Assembly: GCA_046331705.1 (NCBI GenBank)
Contig: JAXLQJ010000007.1
Coordinates: 1-64,000 of the forward strand
DNA from: a bacterium
GTDB taxonomy: Bacteria > JADJOY01
Direction: 5' to 3'
DNA length: 64,000 nucleotides
This document shows, one piece after another, positions 20,874 to 30,528 of this stretch; the first letter of the stretch is position 1; each line of letters begins with the position of its first letter. The translations under genes were made by a program, and so were the position numbers. Below the pieces are notes generated by a model. That model was not told the origin of the DNA. It ran no database searches and saw only the letters and a list, made by a program, of their open reading frames with translations.

Positions 20874-21557
20874 ATGCGTCCCGTTCGCCACGCGATCTTC
20901 GACCTCGACGGCCTGCTCCTCGACACCGAGAGCATCTACACGTCCGTCACCAACTCGATCCTCGCGCGCTTCGGCAAGCGTCTGCCGCCCGAGGTGAAGG
21001 CGCGGATGATGGGGCAGAAGAAGCTCGAGAGCGCCCGCATTCTCGTGGCCACGCTCGACCTGCCGATGACGCCCGAGGGCTATCTCGAGGAGCGCGCCCC
21101 CCTGCTCCTCGAGCGCTTCCCGGATTGCGCGGCGCTACCTGGCGCCGAATCCCTGGTGCGCCGTCTCGCCGGTGCAGGCGCGTCGGTCGCGCTGGCCACG
21201 GGATCCGATGCGGTGGAATTCGAGGCCAAGACCCGCCGCCATCGCGACTGGATCGATCTCGTCCGCACCCGGGTGCTCGGCGACGATCCGGCCGTGAAGC
21301 ACGGCAAGCCGGCACCGGACATCTTCCTCGAGACGGCGCGGCGACTCGGTGCCGAGCCGGCCGAGTGCTTGGTGTTCGAGGACGCCCCCAACGGCGCGCA
21401 GGCGGCGCTGGCGGCCGGCATGGCGGTGGTCGTGGTGCCCGGCGATCACGCGCCGCGCGACGCGTATCCCGAGGTCGACCAGGTGCTGGCGAGCCTCGCC
21501 GATTTCGACCCGCGACGCTGGGGCTTGCTCGACGCAAGCGAGCCCGGCGGCTCCTGA
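20874..21557 (+). CDS. HAD-family phosphatase
   Basis: IFDLDGLLLDTE, GKPAPDIF, CLVFEDAPNG. Confidence 0.92.
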   Translation: MRPVRHAIFDLDGLLLDTESIYTSVTNSILARFGKRLPPEVKARMMGQKKLESARILVATLDLPMTPEGYLEERAPLLLERFPDCAALPGAESLVRRLAGAGASVALATGSDAVEFEAKTRRHRDWIDLVRTRVLGDDPAVKHGKPAPDIFLETARRLGAEPAECLVFEDAPNGAQAALAAGMAVVVVPGDHAPRDAYPEVDQVLASLADFDPRRWGLLDASEPGGS

Positions 21558-21619
21558 AACGCCGCCGGGCTCTAACGCCGGCTCACGGCGCGCGATACCT
21601 CACGCGCGGGCCGATCCGA

Positions 21620-23701
21620 TCACGCCCCCATCGAGCGCGAGGCGGTGCCGCGATCCGTCGCCAGCGCTGTCCGGAGCTCCCTTCGCATCTCCTCCGCCTC
21701 GGGCGTCATCGGTGAGGCGGCACCGACGTCGAGACCCATCTTCTCGGCCAGCAGGAGCCCGAGCAGTCCCTCCAGGAAGTTCCCGCCGCCCAGCGGTGCC
21801 TTGCCGTCTCCGTTCGCCGCGGCGCCACCGCCCAGCAGGATTCGCGGCACGATGTCCACCCGCGCCTTCTCGATCGCCTCGGCGAAGCGGTTCATGACTT
21901 CCTTGGTGAGCTGGAAGCGCGGGCCGCCGTACGCGCGGACCTGCTCCTCGATCGCCATCGCCTGCGCGACACCCACGCGTGCGGCGCGCTCGGCCTCCGA
22001 CTCGGCCATGACGCGCACCTTGCGCGCCTCGCCCTCGCCCAGCCGGGCGATCTTCTCGGCTTCCGCCTGAGCCAGCGCCTGGATCTGCGCCGCCTGCTGC
22101 TGCGCGCGCGCCAGATCCGCCTTGCCCTGGTTGGTCTGTACCACGATCGAAAGCTCCGACTCGGTGATCGGCGTCTGCTGCTTGGCGCGCGCCTCCGCCT
22201 CACGCAGCTCGCGCTCCTTCACGGCCGCGGCCTCTTGGCGGCTATAGGTCTCGACCTGCTCGATCGCGACCTGACGCGAGCGCAGCTGGTTCAGGATCTG
22301 CTCGATCTGTCCGCCACCCTTGCCGGCGGTGGGCGTACCGATCAGCACCTCTTCGAGCTCCAGGTTGTAGTTCGCGAACTTCGACTTCATCTCCCGCGAC
22401 GCTTGATCCTGGATGGCGCTGCGGTCCTGCAGAAGCTGAATCAGGGTGCGAGTCTGCGCGATGTTCTTGAAGTACGCGGACACCATCGGGTCGAGGGTCT
22501 GCTCGACCAGCCGCTTGATGTCGCCGAAGCGCTGCACCACCAGCGGTGCCTTCTTGTAGTCGATGTGCACCACCACGGAGAGCGGCAGCGACGGCTCGAA
22601 CGCGTCCTTGGTGATGAGCGAGACCTCGGCGAGGTTTTCGTCGTAGTGATGGGCACCTACCTCGGATTTGTTCCACTTCAGGATGAAGTTGGTGGTCGGC
22701 ACCGGCAGCAGCTTCCCGGCGTACGTGTTGAACGGATACTTCCCCGGCAGCAGGGCGCGGCTCCACACGCCCTTCTGTCCTTCGACGACCAGCTCGCCGT
22801 GGGTGTAGTCGGTGCCGGAGAGGTCGGTGCCCGCCTCGCCGATGTACGACACCACCACGCCGACGTTGCCCACGTCGACCACGGTCTTGGGCACCAGCTC
22901 CACCGTCGCGAAGAGTCGGTTGATGTAGTACGTGCCTTCGACGAGCACCTGGTGCTGGCGGCCGCGCATGCCGTTGGCGCGCAGGAAGGCGCTGATGTCC
23001 TGGAAGTTGTTGTGGTAGGTGAGCGGGTCCTTGGCATCGTCACCCACCGTTGGCGCGATGATCTGGCCCGCGGGAAGCGAGAGCCCGTCGTGGACGGTGA
23101 CGATCCCGATGACGTCGTCGGCGCCCTTGATGACGACCGGGCGGAAGCCGTCGCGCTCGCGGATCATCGCCGCCATGCGCTCGAAGAGCTTCTGCTCGCC
23201 ATCGTCGAGCTGCAGCGCCGAGACACCCTCTTCGGTCAGGACCACGAACTGGGCCAGGTTCAGCGCGTAGGTGCCTTCGCGCAGGATGGTGCGCTGCGGT
23301 CCGCGCTGCCCGCCGAGGCGCAGGAACGCTTCCACGTCGTCGAAGTCCTTCGCCTTCTCGTTGCTCGCGAGGGTCTGGGTCGCGGGCAGCGCCGCGCCGT
23401 CGCGGGCGAACACGTACCCGATCTTGCCTTGGGGCACGGTGACCAGCGGCATGCGGTGCACCGCGTAGAAGATCGGCAGCAAGTAGTGGAGACCGCCGCG
23501 CAAGACCTCGGGCTGGAAGCCGGCCTCTCCACCGAGCGCGATCAATCCGCTCTCGATCGATCCCTTGCGGCTGATGCGCTTCTCGACGATGCCCACCTTC
23601 GAGTTCGGGATGTAGCGAATGCCGCCCACCAGGTAGAGGCCCACCACCGCTCCCAGCGTCACCAGGAACCAGTGGGCGATCACGAACGTCAACAAGGCCA
23701 T
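21620..23701 (-). CDS. SPFH/flotillin-like membrane scaffold protein
   Basis: N-terminal TM helix, repeated G(Q/M)RG..L.EGTY..N units, SPFH domain (ITKDAFEPSLPLSVVVHID) and Ala/Glu/Gln coiled coil. Confidence 0.85.
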   Translation of the reverse strand: MALLTFVIAHWFLVTLGAVVGLYLVGGIRYIPNSKVGIVEKRISRKGSIESGLIALGGEAGFQPEVLRGGLHYLLPIFYAVHRMPLVTVPQGKIGYVFARDGAALPATQTLASNEKAKDFDDVEAFLRLGGQRGPQRTILREGTYALNLAQFVVLTEEGVSALQLDDGEQKLFERMAAMIRERDGFRPVVIKGADDVIGIVTVHDGLSLPAGQIIAPTVGDDAKDPLTYHNNFQDISAFLRANGMRGRQHQVLVEGTYYINRLFATVELVPKTVVDVGNVGVVVSYIGEAGTDLSGTDYTHGELVVEGQKGVWSRALLPGKYPFNTYAGKLLPVPTTNFILKWNKSEVGAHHYDENLAEVSLITKDAFEPSLPLSVVVHIDYKKAPLVVQRFGDIKRLVEQTLDPMVSAYFKNIAQTRTLIQLLQDRSAIQDQASREMKSKFANYNLELEEVLIGTPTAGKGGGQIEQILNQLRSRQVAIEQVETYSRQEAAAVKERELREAEARAKQQTPITESELSIVVQTNQGKADLARAQQQAAQIQALAQAEAEKIARLGEGEARKVRVMAESEAERAARVGVAQAMAIEEQVRAYGGPRFQLTKEVMNRFAEAIEKARVDIVPRILLGGGAAANGDGKAPLGGGNFLEGLLGLLLAEKMGLDVGAASPMTPEAEEMRRELRTALATDRGTASRSMGA

Positions 23702-24194
23702 TCGACCCCTCCGTCGCGGCGCGCGCGCACGCCGGTCGAGATGACCGGCGACCGCGCTCCGTTTGGCTCGATGTGGATGATCAGCGCCCGGGCGCCGCGC
23801 GAGCGCGCCCGGTGCGGCGAGCCTCGCCGGCGAGCGATGCGCTCTTGCGCACGCACTCGTTAGCGGGCTCGCGCCGGCATGGATTCTACGGTTGCGGACC
23901 GAAGAGCGGGCGGCGGGCGACGCAACCGGGGAGGTCGCGCGCCGAATCAGCCGAGATCACGACTCGCGAAGCAGGTCGCATCGTCATCCCCCGCACCAAC
24001 TACGTGTAGCAACCATCGTAATCACGTCCCACGGGCGCGCAAGCACGCGCGCGCCGGCGAGGGCCCAAGCGCGCGCCACCGTTCGCGATCAAGCCGCTCT
24101 CGAGCGCCGCTTCCGCGGCGCCGGCGGGTGCGATTGCTCGAAGCGACGTGGCATGGGATACCTCTGCGATCCCGGGGAGAGGTCATGGGTCCGA

Positions 24195-26063
24195 ATGAAG
24201 ATTTTCGTTGCGATCCTGGGGTTGATCCTCTGCACCGCGTGTGAACCGGGCCAGCCCTCCGCGGGCATCCGCATCCCCTTCGCCACGGGGATCGCCTTCC
24301 CGGCCGAACCGCTCGGTCGTGGTCTCGCCAACCCCAAGGAAGTGATCGCGTCCGCAGACGGACGCATCGTGTGGGTGCTCGAGCGCGGAGCCGGGCGACT
24401 GGCGCGCATCGAGGTCGCGACGGGCACGCTCACGCGCCATCGCGCGCCGGATGGCCGGCCGATCACGCACCTGCGCGCGAGCGAGGACCGATCCACGCTG
24501 CTCGCGGTGTCCGGCGTTCCCGCCGGCGATCCGTCCGGGGCCTACACCTCGTTCGGCGCGAGCCCCGCGACGATCTGGCGCGTGGACGCGGCGAGCGGCG
24601 AGCTCACGCGCGTCTCCGACGTCGCGTCCGTGGCCGGCTTCTTCCTCGCGCTGGACGGCTCGACGTACCTCGACACCTCGCGCGGCATCGAGCGCGTCGC
24701 GATCGCGACCGGAGCGCGGGAGACGCTACAGGCGTGCGACGGTGCCATCGCCGAGCTCGTCGACCCGAGCGGCCGGTTCGTCGCCTGGCACACCACGCAC
24801 GACCCCGTCGGCATCCACGACAGCACGTACGAGGAGCTTCGCGTCTGCGATCGCGCCACTGGCACCACACGCACCACCGGTGTACCCGCACGCGAGCTGC
24901 TCTCCTTCGCTTGCGGCGGGCGCTGGCTCGTTCGTCCGGCCACGGGCTTTCCCGCCGACTCGCCCATCGAGCCCCATCGCTACGCGCTCTTCGACGTCTA
25001 CGATCCCGCCACGCTGGAGCGCGTCGCGAGCTACTCCACGGCGACGCCACCGGCGTTCACGGGCCCGATGGGACCCGTGACCACCGATGCGGCGTGCGAG
25101 CGCGCGTGGTTCGCGGTCCCCACGGCGGTGGTCGAGTACGCGCTCGCGACCCGCACGCTGACGTCGCTGGGCACCGCGGCCGGGCCGATCGGCGGCGTGC
25201 TCGCGCGTGACACGCCGTCCTCGCTCCTGGTGACGACCGACGAGGACGTCGGCGTTGGAGTGGAGGTGCTCGACCTCAGCACCGCCGAGCTCCAACCGGC
25301 GTGGTCGCGCCACTCGTTCGGAACCCCGAACGGAATGGCGTGGCGATCCGACGAGCGTGAGCTGGTGCTCGGGTTCTCCGCTCACTACCAGGACCTCTAC
25401 CCGGTCGAGATCTACGACTGGAGCGAGATCCAGCGCTACGCGCCGCTCACCGACGAGCTCGTCACCGGAGACTCCACTCGAGACACGGTCATCGGCGGCC
25501 TCGCCGCGTGCGATGCGAGCGGTGAGCTGCTCGCCTGGACGAAGCTCACCGACGGCGAGACGCCGGAGCTCGCGCACGTCGAGGGGACGACACTGGTTCG
25601 CGACCGGGCGGGTCCGGTTCGCACGGCAGCGGAAGACGTGGGCATCCCCGCGCCGTTGGTCGGACAGGGCATTCCCATGGTCGCGAGCGCTGACTGCCGC
25701 TCGGTGTACTTCCTGAACGGCGAAGTGGTGCGGCTCGATCGCGCGCGGAACGTGCTCCACTCGCTGGCGGCGGCCGGCGTGGTCGACGCCATGGCGCTCG
25801 ATCCCAGGCAGGACGCGCTGCTACTTCAAGACGGCGATGACCTGGCCGCGCTCGACCTGGTGAGCGGCGAGCGCTGGCCGATCGCGACCGGCGTCCCCCG
25901 CTCGCGCGCGCTCTTCGTCACGCCCGAGGGCCAGCTGGTGCTGGTGGGCGACGAGGAGCTGGCGATCGGCGTGATCGACCTGGTGAGCGGAGACGCGCGC
26001 CGCGTGTGGGAGGGACACGGCAAGCTCGGGCGGTGGTACCGGGACTTCGACGTCTTCCCGTGA
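24195..26063 (+). CDS. Hypothetical lipoprotein, probable beta-propeller
   Basis: MKIFVAILGLILCTA-C lipobox; repeated blade-like motifs (SADGRIVWV, DPSGRFVAW, DLVSG twice). Confidence 0.7.
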   Translation: MKIFVAILGLILCTACEPGQPSAGIRIPFATGIAFPAEPLGRGLANPKEVIASADGRIVWVLERGAGRLARIEVATGTLTRHRAPDGRPITHLRASEDRSTLLAVSGVPAGDPSGAYTSFGASPATIWRVDAASGELTRVSDVASVAGFFLALDGSTYLDTSRGIERVAIATGARETLQACDGAIAELVDPSGRFVAWHTTHDPVGIHDSTYEELRVCDRATGTTRTTGVPARELLSFACGGRWLVRPATGFPADSPIEPHRYALFDVYDPATLERVASYSTATPPAFTGPMGPVTTDAACERAWFAVPTAVVEYALATRTLTSLGTAAGPIGGVLARDTPSSLLVTTDEDVGVGVEVLDLSTAELQPAWSRHSFGTPNGMAWRSDERELVLGFSAHYQDLYPVEIYDWSEIQRYAPLTDELVTGDSTRDTVIGGLAACDASGELLAWTKLTDGETPELAHVEGTTLVRDRAGPVRTAAEDVGIPAPLVGQGIPMVASADCRSVYFLNGEVVRLDRARNVLHSLAAAGVVDAMALDPRQDALLLQDGDDLAALDLVSGERWPIATGVPRSRALFVTPEGQLVLVGDEELAIGVIDLVSGDARRVWEGHGKLGRWYRDFDVFP

Positions 26064-26125
26064 GCAGGAGCGCGATCCGCGAAGGGGTGGCGACGCCTGC
26101 GCGCGACGCATGTACCTTTCGTCCC

Positions 26126-27058
26126 ATGGACACCACCGTCACCCCCTCCCAGTCGGAACCGCGTCCCTCGTTGCTGAGCCGCGGGGGCTATGCGGGTGTG
26201 CTGCTCGCCGCCCTCTTGGCCACGGCGTTGCTGCTGCGCATGGGCTGGGCGGCTGGCTCCGCCACCGGCTCCGTGGTGTTCGTCACGGCGCTCGTCCTCG
26301 GCCTGCTCGAGGTCTGGTCACCCCACAGTGCCGCGTGGCGCTTGGAACGGCAGAGCTTCGTCGTCGACCTCACGCACACCCTCGTCACGGCGTACGTCGT
26401 GGCGCCAGCGGTGCGCGCGACCCTCGCGGTGGCGTTCGCGGATTTCGGCACGAAGCTCCTCTACGGCACGGGCACGACTCCCTGGCCACACCACTGGCCG
26501 CTGGTGCTGCAGGTGGCGCTGGCGGTGGTCATCGCCGATTTCGGGGCCTACTCGGCCCACCGATTCATGCACGCGACGCGCATTGGTTGGCGGATCCATT
26601 CGGTCCACCACTCGCCGCAGCGCCTCAACTTCCTGGCCTCGGCCCGGTCCCATCCGTTCAACGTGATTCTCACGTTCAGCGTCGAGAACGGCCCGCTCAT
26701 CCTGCTCGGCGTCTCACCGCAGGTGCTCGCGTTCTGGACGGTGATCAAGGCCGTGAACGGCTTGTTGCAGCACTGCAACGTGGAGCTGGCCGCGGGTCCG
26801 CTCAGCCGCGTGATGGCGACGCCGGAGGTCCACCGCTGGCACCACTCGGTGGTGCTCGACGAGTCGAACCGGAACTTCGGCAACACCACGATGCTGTGGG
26901 ATCAGCTCTTCGGCACGTATTTTCGGCCCACGGATCGTCGCCCGGGAACGACGGTCGGCGTCTCGGGCGCGCTGATCCCCGAGCGCTACCTTTCCCACCT
27001 GGCAACGCCGTTCCTGCTCGACCGCTTCGAGCGCGACGCGGTCGCCGTCACGCGCTGA
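26126..27058 (+). CDS. Sterol desaturase/fatty-acid hydroxylase family protein
   Basis: His boxes HRFMH, HSVHHS and HRWHHS; NFG...WDQLFGT. Confidence 0.9.
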   Translation: MDTTVTPSQSEPRPSLLSRGGYAGVLLAALLATALLLRMGWAAGSATGSVVFVTALVLGLLEVWSPHSAAWRLERQSFVVDLTHTLVTAYVVAPAVRATLAVAFADFGTKLLYGTGTTPWPHHWPLVLQVALAVVIADFGAYSAHRFMHATRIGWRIHSVHHSPQRLNFLASARSHPFNVILTFSVENGPLILLGVSPQVLAFWTVIKAVNGLLQHCNVELAAGPLSRVMATPEVHRWHHSVVLDESNRNFGNTTMLWDQLFGTYFRPTDRRPGTTVGVSGALIPERYLSHLATPFLLDRFERDAVAVTR

Positions 27059-27106
27059 TCGCGCGACGGCGCCGACGAGGCGACCGGAACGCCCTGCTCG
27101 CTTCGC

Positions 27107-27478
27107 TCAGCGAGAAGGAACGCTCAGGTAGTAGATGGTGATCGCGACCACCTGGCCGGCGGAGTCGCAGTCGAAGAGATCCATGGCGCGCTGGTCGGGG
27201 ATCGGCATTCCGAAGCCGTTGTCGGCCGGGAACGTTCCCAGCATCTGCTGCGCCACCGTGCTGCCGCCCACCAGCACCGGGCCATCCGCTGCGAGATGCG
27301 TCTTCGCGCGAAACACCGCGTTCTCGTAGAAACCGAGGACCAGGTCGCGGCCCTCGAAGACACCCATCGGGTGGTGAAGCACCACGTGCTCCGCGCAGAG
27401 CTCGCGCAGGGCGTCGAGGCTCTGCGCGTTGATCGCGGCCATGTAGCGTCCCGGCACCGCGGTTCGATCGACCGGCAT
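27107..27478 (-). CDS. NTF2/SnoaL-like protein (ketosteroid-isomerase fold)
   Basis: 123 aa; YMAAINAQSLDAL...HPMGVFEGRD...FY...DLFDCDSAGQV pattern; RBS GGAGG. Confidence 0.7.
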   Translation of the reverse strand: MPVDRTAVPGRYMAAINAQSLDALRELCAEHVVLHHPMGVFEGRDLVLGFYENAVFRAKTHLAADGPVLVGGSTVAQQMLGTFPADNGFGMPIPDQRAMDLFDCDSAGQVVAITIYYLSVPSR

Positions 27479-27515
27479 TCGTTCCTCCCGCCACTCGCCG
27501 TGGCGTGGCGAGCGC

Positions 27516-28769
27516 TCAGCGCGCGCCCACCAGGCGCACCGGCATGTGGCGCATGCCGATGAATTTGTTGGTGCGCATCCACTCCACGTCGCCGGTCCGC
27601 TCCACCCGTTCCACGCGGCCGAGGATCTCCTCGAAGACCACGCGGATCTCGAGGCGCGCGAGCGACGCGCCGAGGCAGAGATGAGGCCCGGCGCCGAAGG
27701 CCAGATGATCGTTGGGTGCGCGCTCCAGATCGAAGCGAAAGGGATCCGCGAACACCGATTCGTCGCGATTCGCCGACGCGTACCAGACCGTCACCTTCTC
27801 GCCGGCGCGCATCGCCTGCCCTCCGACCTCCGTGTCGCGGCTGGTCGTACGCCGGTTGTAGGCCGTGGGCGTGCTCCAGCGCAGCATCTCCTCCACCGCC
27901 GTGGGCATGAGGCGCGCCGGCTCGGAACGGAAGCGATCCCAGCTCTCGGGGCGCTCGAGGAGCGCCAGCATCCCACCGGCGATGGCGTTGCGCGTGGTCT
28001 CCGAGCCAGCGGTGATGAGCAGCACGAAGAAGAGGTCGATCTCGATCGCGTCGAGCCGTCGTGCGGTGCCGTCGTCGTCCGGCAGCTCGGCGTGCACCAG
28101 GACGCTCAGGATGTCGTCGCCCGGTGCGGAGCGTTTGCGCTCGACCAGCTCGTGCGCGTACGCGAACGCCTCCATCGCCGCGGCGCGAGCGCCGGCGATC
28201 TCGCCCGCGCTCTCGCCGGCCTCGTGATCGGTGAACGCGTTGGCCCACGCGAAGAGCCGATGGCGATCCTCCTGGGGCACGCCGAGGATCTCGGCGATCG
28301 CCTGCAGGGGTAACTCCGCGGCGACCTCCACGACGAAGTCGCAGGCGCCCTGCGCCAGCACGCGGTCCAGGATGCGCCGGGTGCGACCGCGCAGCCCGGC
28401 CTCGAGCGCCGCGATCATGCGCGGCGTGAAGCCTTGGTTGACGAGGCGCCGAAAGCGCGTGTGCGCCGGCGGGTCCGTCATGTTGATCATCTGCCCCGGG
28501 CCTTCGCCGGGTCGGTAGTCGACGAGCGTGGTGCCCCCGCCGGCGCGGCCCGGGCCGCCCTCGGAGGAAAACGTCCGCGGGTCGCCGAGCACGCGCTTGG
28601 CGAGGGCGTGGGAGCTCACCACCCAGAAGCCCTCGCCGCCCGGCGCTCGCGGCGTCGGCGGGTGCCACCACACCGGCGCCTCGCGTCGCAGCGCCGTGAA
28701 GTGCGCGTGCGGGAAGCCGTGCTCGAAGCGATCGAGATCGGTGAGGTCGATCGCGTCGAGCGACGTCAT
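27516..28769 (-). CDS. Cytochrome P450 (CYP124/125/142-like)
   Basis: INMTDPPAH, AGSETTRN, EEMLRW, SANRDE, FGAGPHLCLG (heme Cys). Confidence 0.95.
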   Translation of the reverse strand: MTSLDAIDLTDLDRFEHGFPHAHFTALRREAPVWWHPPTPRAPGGEGFWVVSSHALAKRVLGDPRTFSSEGGPGRAGGGTTLVDYRPGEGPGQMINMTDPPAHTRFRRLVNQGFTPRMIAALEAGLRGRTRRILDRVLAQGACDFVVEVAAELPLQAIAEILGVPQEDRHRLFAWANAFTDHEAGESAGEIAGARAAAMEAFAYAHELVERKRSAPGDDILSVLVHAELPDDDGTARRLDAIEIDLFFVLLITAGSETTRNAIAGGMLALLERPESWDRFRSEPARLMPTAVEEMLRWSTPTAYNRRTTSRDTEVGGQAMRAGEKVTVWYASANRDESVFADPFRFDLERAPNDHLAFGAGPHLCLGASLARLEIRVVFEEILGRVERVERTGDVEWMRTNKFIGMRHMPVRLVGAR

Positions 28770-28782
28770 CGGACGACGGCGC

Positions 28783-29622
28783 TCAGTGGGCGAGGAGCTT
28801 CGCGAGCTCGTCGAGGCGCGGCATCACGGCGTCACGCGCCTCCGAGGGGATGCGAAGCACGACCTCGTCGATGCCCAGCGATCGGTAATAGTCGAGCTTG
28901 CCGGGGCTCGGCAGCGTGCCGAAGGGCACGATGCGGATCGCCTTGGGATCCCGCCCGCGCGCTTCCACCGCCTCGTGCAGCTGGGGGATCAGCTCGCGCA
29001 CTCCCGCGCCGCCGATCGGGATCCAGCCATCGCCGTACTCGGCGATGTGCGCGAAGAGCTTGGGACCGCCGCCCCCACCCAGGAGAACCGGCACGCGCGG
29101 CCGCTGCAGCGGCTTGGGCCACGACCAACAAGGCGGGATCTTCACGTGGGTGCCCTGGAACTCGGCCACGTCGTTCGCCCACAGCGCTTGCATCGCGAGC
29201 ATCTTCTCGCGCGCGATCTCGCGGCGCTCCTTGAACGCCACACCGTGGTCTTCCATCTCGTCCTCGTTCCAGCCGAAGCCGATGCCGAGCACGGCACGTC
29301 CTCTCGAGAGGACGTCGAGGGTCGCGACCTCCTTGGCGAAGACGATCGGGTCACGCTGCGCCACCAACGCGATGCCGGTTCCGAGCACGAGCTTCGAGGT
29401 CGCCGAGGCACACGCCCCCAGCGCCACGAACGGGTCGAGCGTGCGCTTGTACTCTTCCGCGAGCACCGCGTCCCCGGTGGGCGGCGGGGTACGGCGGCTG
29501 GTGGGGATGTGGGTGTGCTCGGGGATGTAGAGCGAATGGAAGCCGCGGGCCTCGGCTTCGCGCGCCAGCTCGACCACGTCCATGCACTGGTCGGTGGCGA
29601 AGATCGTGATCCCGAGCTTCAT
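28783..29622 (-). CDS. LLM-class, probably F420-dependent oxidoreductase (Rv2161c-like)
   Basis: PEHTHIP, LDPFVAL, AKEVATLDVLSRGR, GFGWNEDEM, WPKPLQ, YGDGWIP. Confidence 0.88.
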   Translation of the reverse strand: MKLGITIFATDQCMDVVELAREAEARGFHSLYIPEHTHIPTSRRTPPPTGDAVLAEEYKRTLDPFVALGACASATSKLVLGTGIALVAQRDPIVFAKEVATLDVLSRGRAVLGIGFGWNEDEMEDHGVAFKERREIAREKMLAMQALWANDVAEFQGTHVKIPPCWSWPKPLQRPRVPVLLGGGGGPKLFAHIAEYGDGWIPIGGAGVRELIPQLHEAVEARGRDPKAIRIVPFGTLPSPGKLDYYRSLGIDEVVLRIPSEARDAVMPRLDELAKLLAH

Positions 29623-29672
29623 GCGGAACCCGCCTTCCGGACGGCGCTCACCACGCTCGGCGAGGCCGCGCC

Positions 29673-29701
29673 TTTACACGATTTCGGTGGATCAATACAC
29701 T
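29673..29701 (+). promoter_or_regulatory. Sigma70-type promoter of the SDR/MaoC/ACAD operon
   Basis: TTTACA (29673-29678), 17-nt spacer, TACACT (29696-29701). Confidence 0.7.
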
Positions 29702-29713
29702 CGCAGCGCAAAG

Positions 29714-29727
29714 TGAAACGTGTTCTA
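29714..29727. promoter_or_regulatory. KstR-type operator
   Basis: TGAAACGTGTTCTA matches TnnAACnnGTTnnA exactly and lies between the -10 box and the ATG at 29736. Confidence 0.75.
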
Positions 29728-29735
29728 TTTTCGTC

Positions 29736-30518
29736 ATGACCGTCAAGCCGCCGCCCTATCCCGCTGGCCACCGATTGCTCGCCGGCAAGACCGTGCTGGT
29801 CACGGCTGCCGCGGGCACGGGAATCGGGTTCGCGGCGGCGCGGCGCGCCGCCGAAGAGGGCGCGCGCGTGATGATCAGCGACATCCACGAGCGGCGACTC
29901 GCGGAAGCCGCCCAGGAGCTCGAACGGCTGACCGGGACGCGTCCGCCGACACGGATCTGCAACGTCACCGAGGAGGCGCAGGTTCGAGCCCTCGTGGACG
30001 CGGCGATCGAGGCGCTCGGCCACGTCGACGTGCTCGTCAACAACGCCGGCCTCGGCGGCAACGCGCCACTCGTCGACATGACCGACGATCAGTGGAACGC
30101 GGTGATCGGCATCACGCTCACCGGCACCTTCCGGATGATGCGCGCCACCTTGCCGCACATGTATCGGCGCGGGACCGGCGTGATCGTGAACAACGCGTCG
30201 GTGCTGGGGTGGCGAGCGCAGCCGCTGCAGTCGCATTACGCCGCTGCGAAGGCGGGCGTGATGGCGCTCACGCGCTGCGCGGCGCTGGAAGCGGCCGAGC
30301 ACGGTGTGCGCATCAACGCCGTGGCGCCCAGCCTCGCGACCCACAAGTTCCTGACCAAGGTCATGCCGGACGGCCTGCTCGAGGAGCTGGAGCAGAAAGA
30401 GGCCTACGGCCGCGGCGCGGAGCCGTGGGAGGTGGCCAACGTGATGATGTTCTTGGCCAGTGACCTGTCGAGCTACCTGACCGGCGAGGTTCTCGCCGTG
30501 AGCAGTCAGCATCCGTGA
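29736..30518 (+). CDS. ipdF: SDR oxidoreductase, IpdF/Rv3559c-like (steroid C/D-ring, HIP-CoA catabolism)
   Basis: GHRLLAGKTVLVTAAAGTGIG, ISDIHERRL, NNASVLGWRAQ, YAAAK, GRGAEPWEVA and terminal VSSQHP, as recalled for IpdF. Confidence 0.85.
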   Translation: MTVKPPPYPAGHRLLAGKTVLVTAAAGTGIGFAAARRAAEEGARVMISDIHERRLAEAAQELERLTGTRPPTRICNVTEEAQVRALVDAAIEALGHVDVLVNNAGLGGNAPLVDMTDDQWNAVIGITLTGTFRMMRATLPHMYRRGTGVIVNNASVLGWRAQPLQSHYAAAKAGVMALTRCAALEAAEHGVRINAVAPSLATHKFLTKVMPDGLLEELEQKEAYGRGAEPWEVANVMMFLASDLSSYLTGEVLAVSSQHP

Positions 30519-30528
30519 GGGCGGAGCG

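Noticed and set aside
23702-24194. About 490-nt intergenic region with short ORFs
   Set aside because: No convincing coding signal, RNA motif or promoter consensus.
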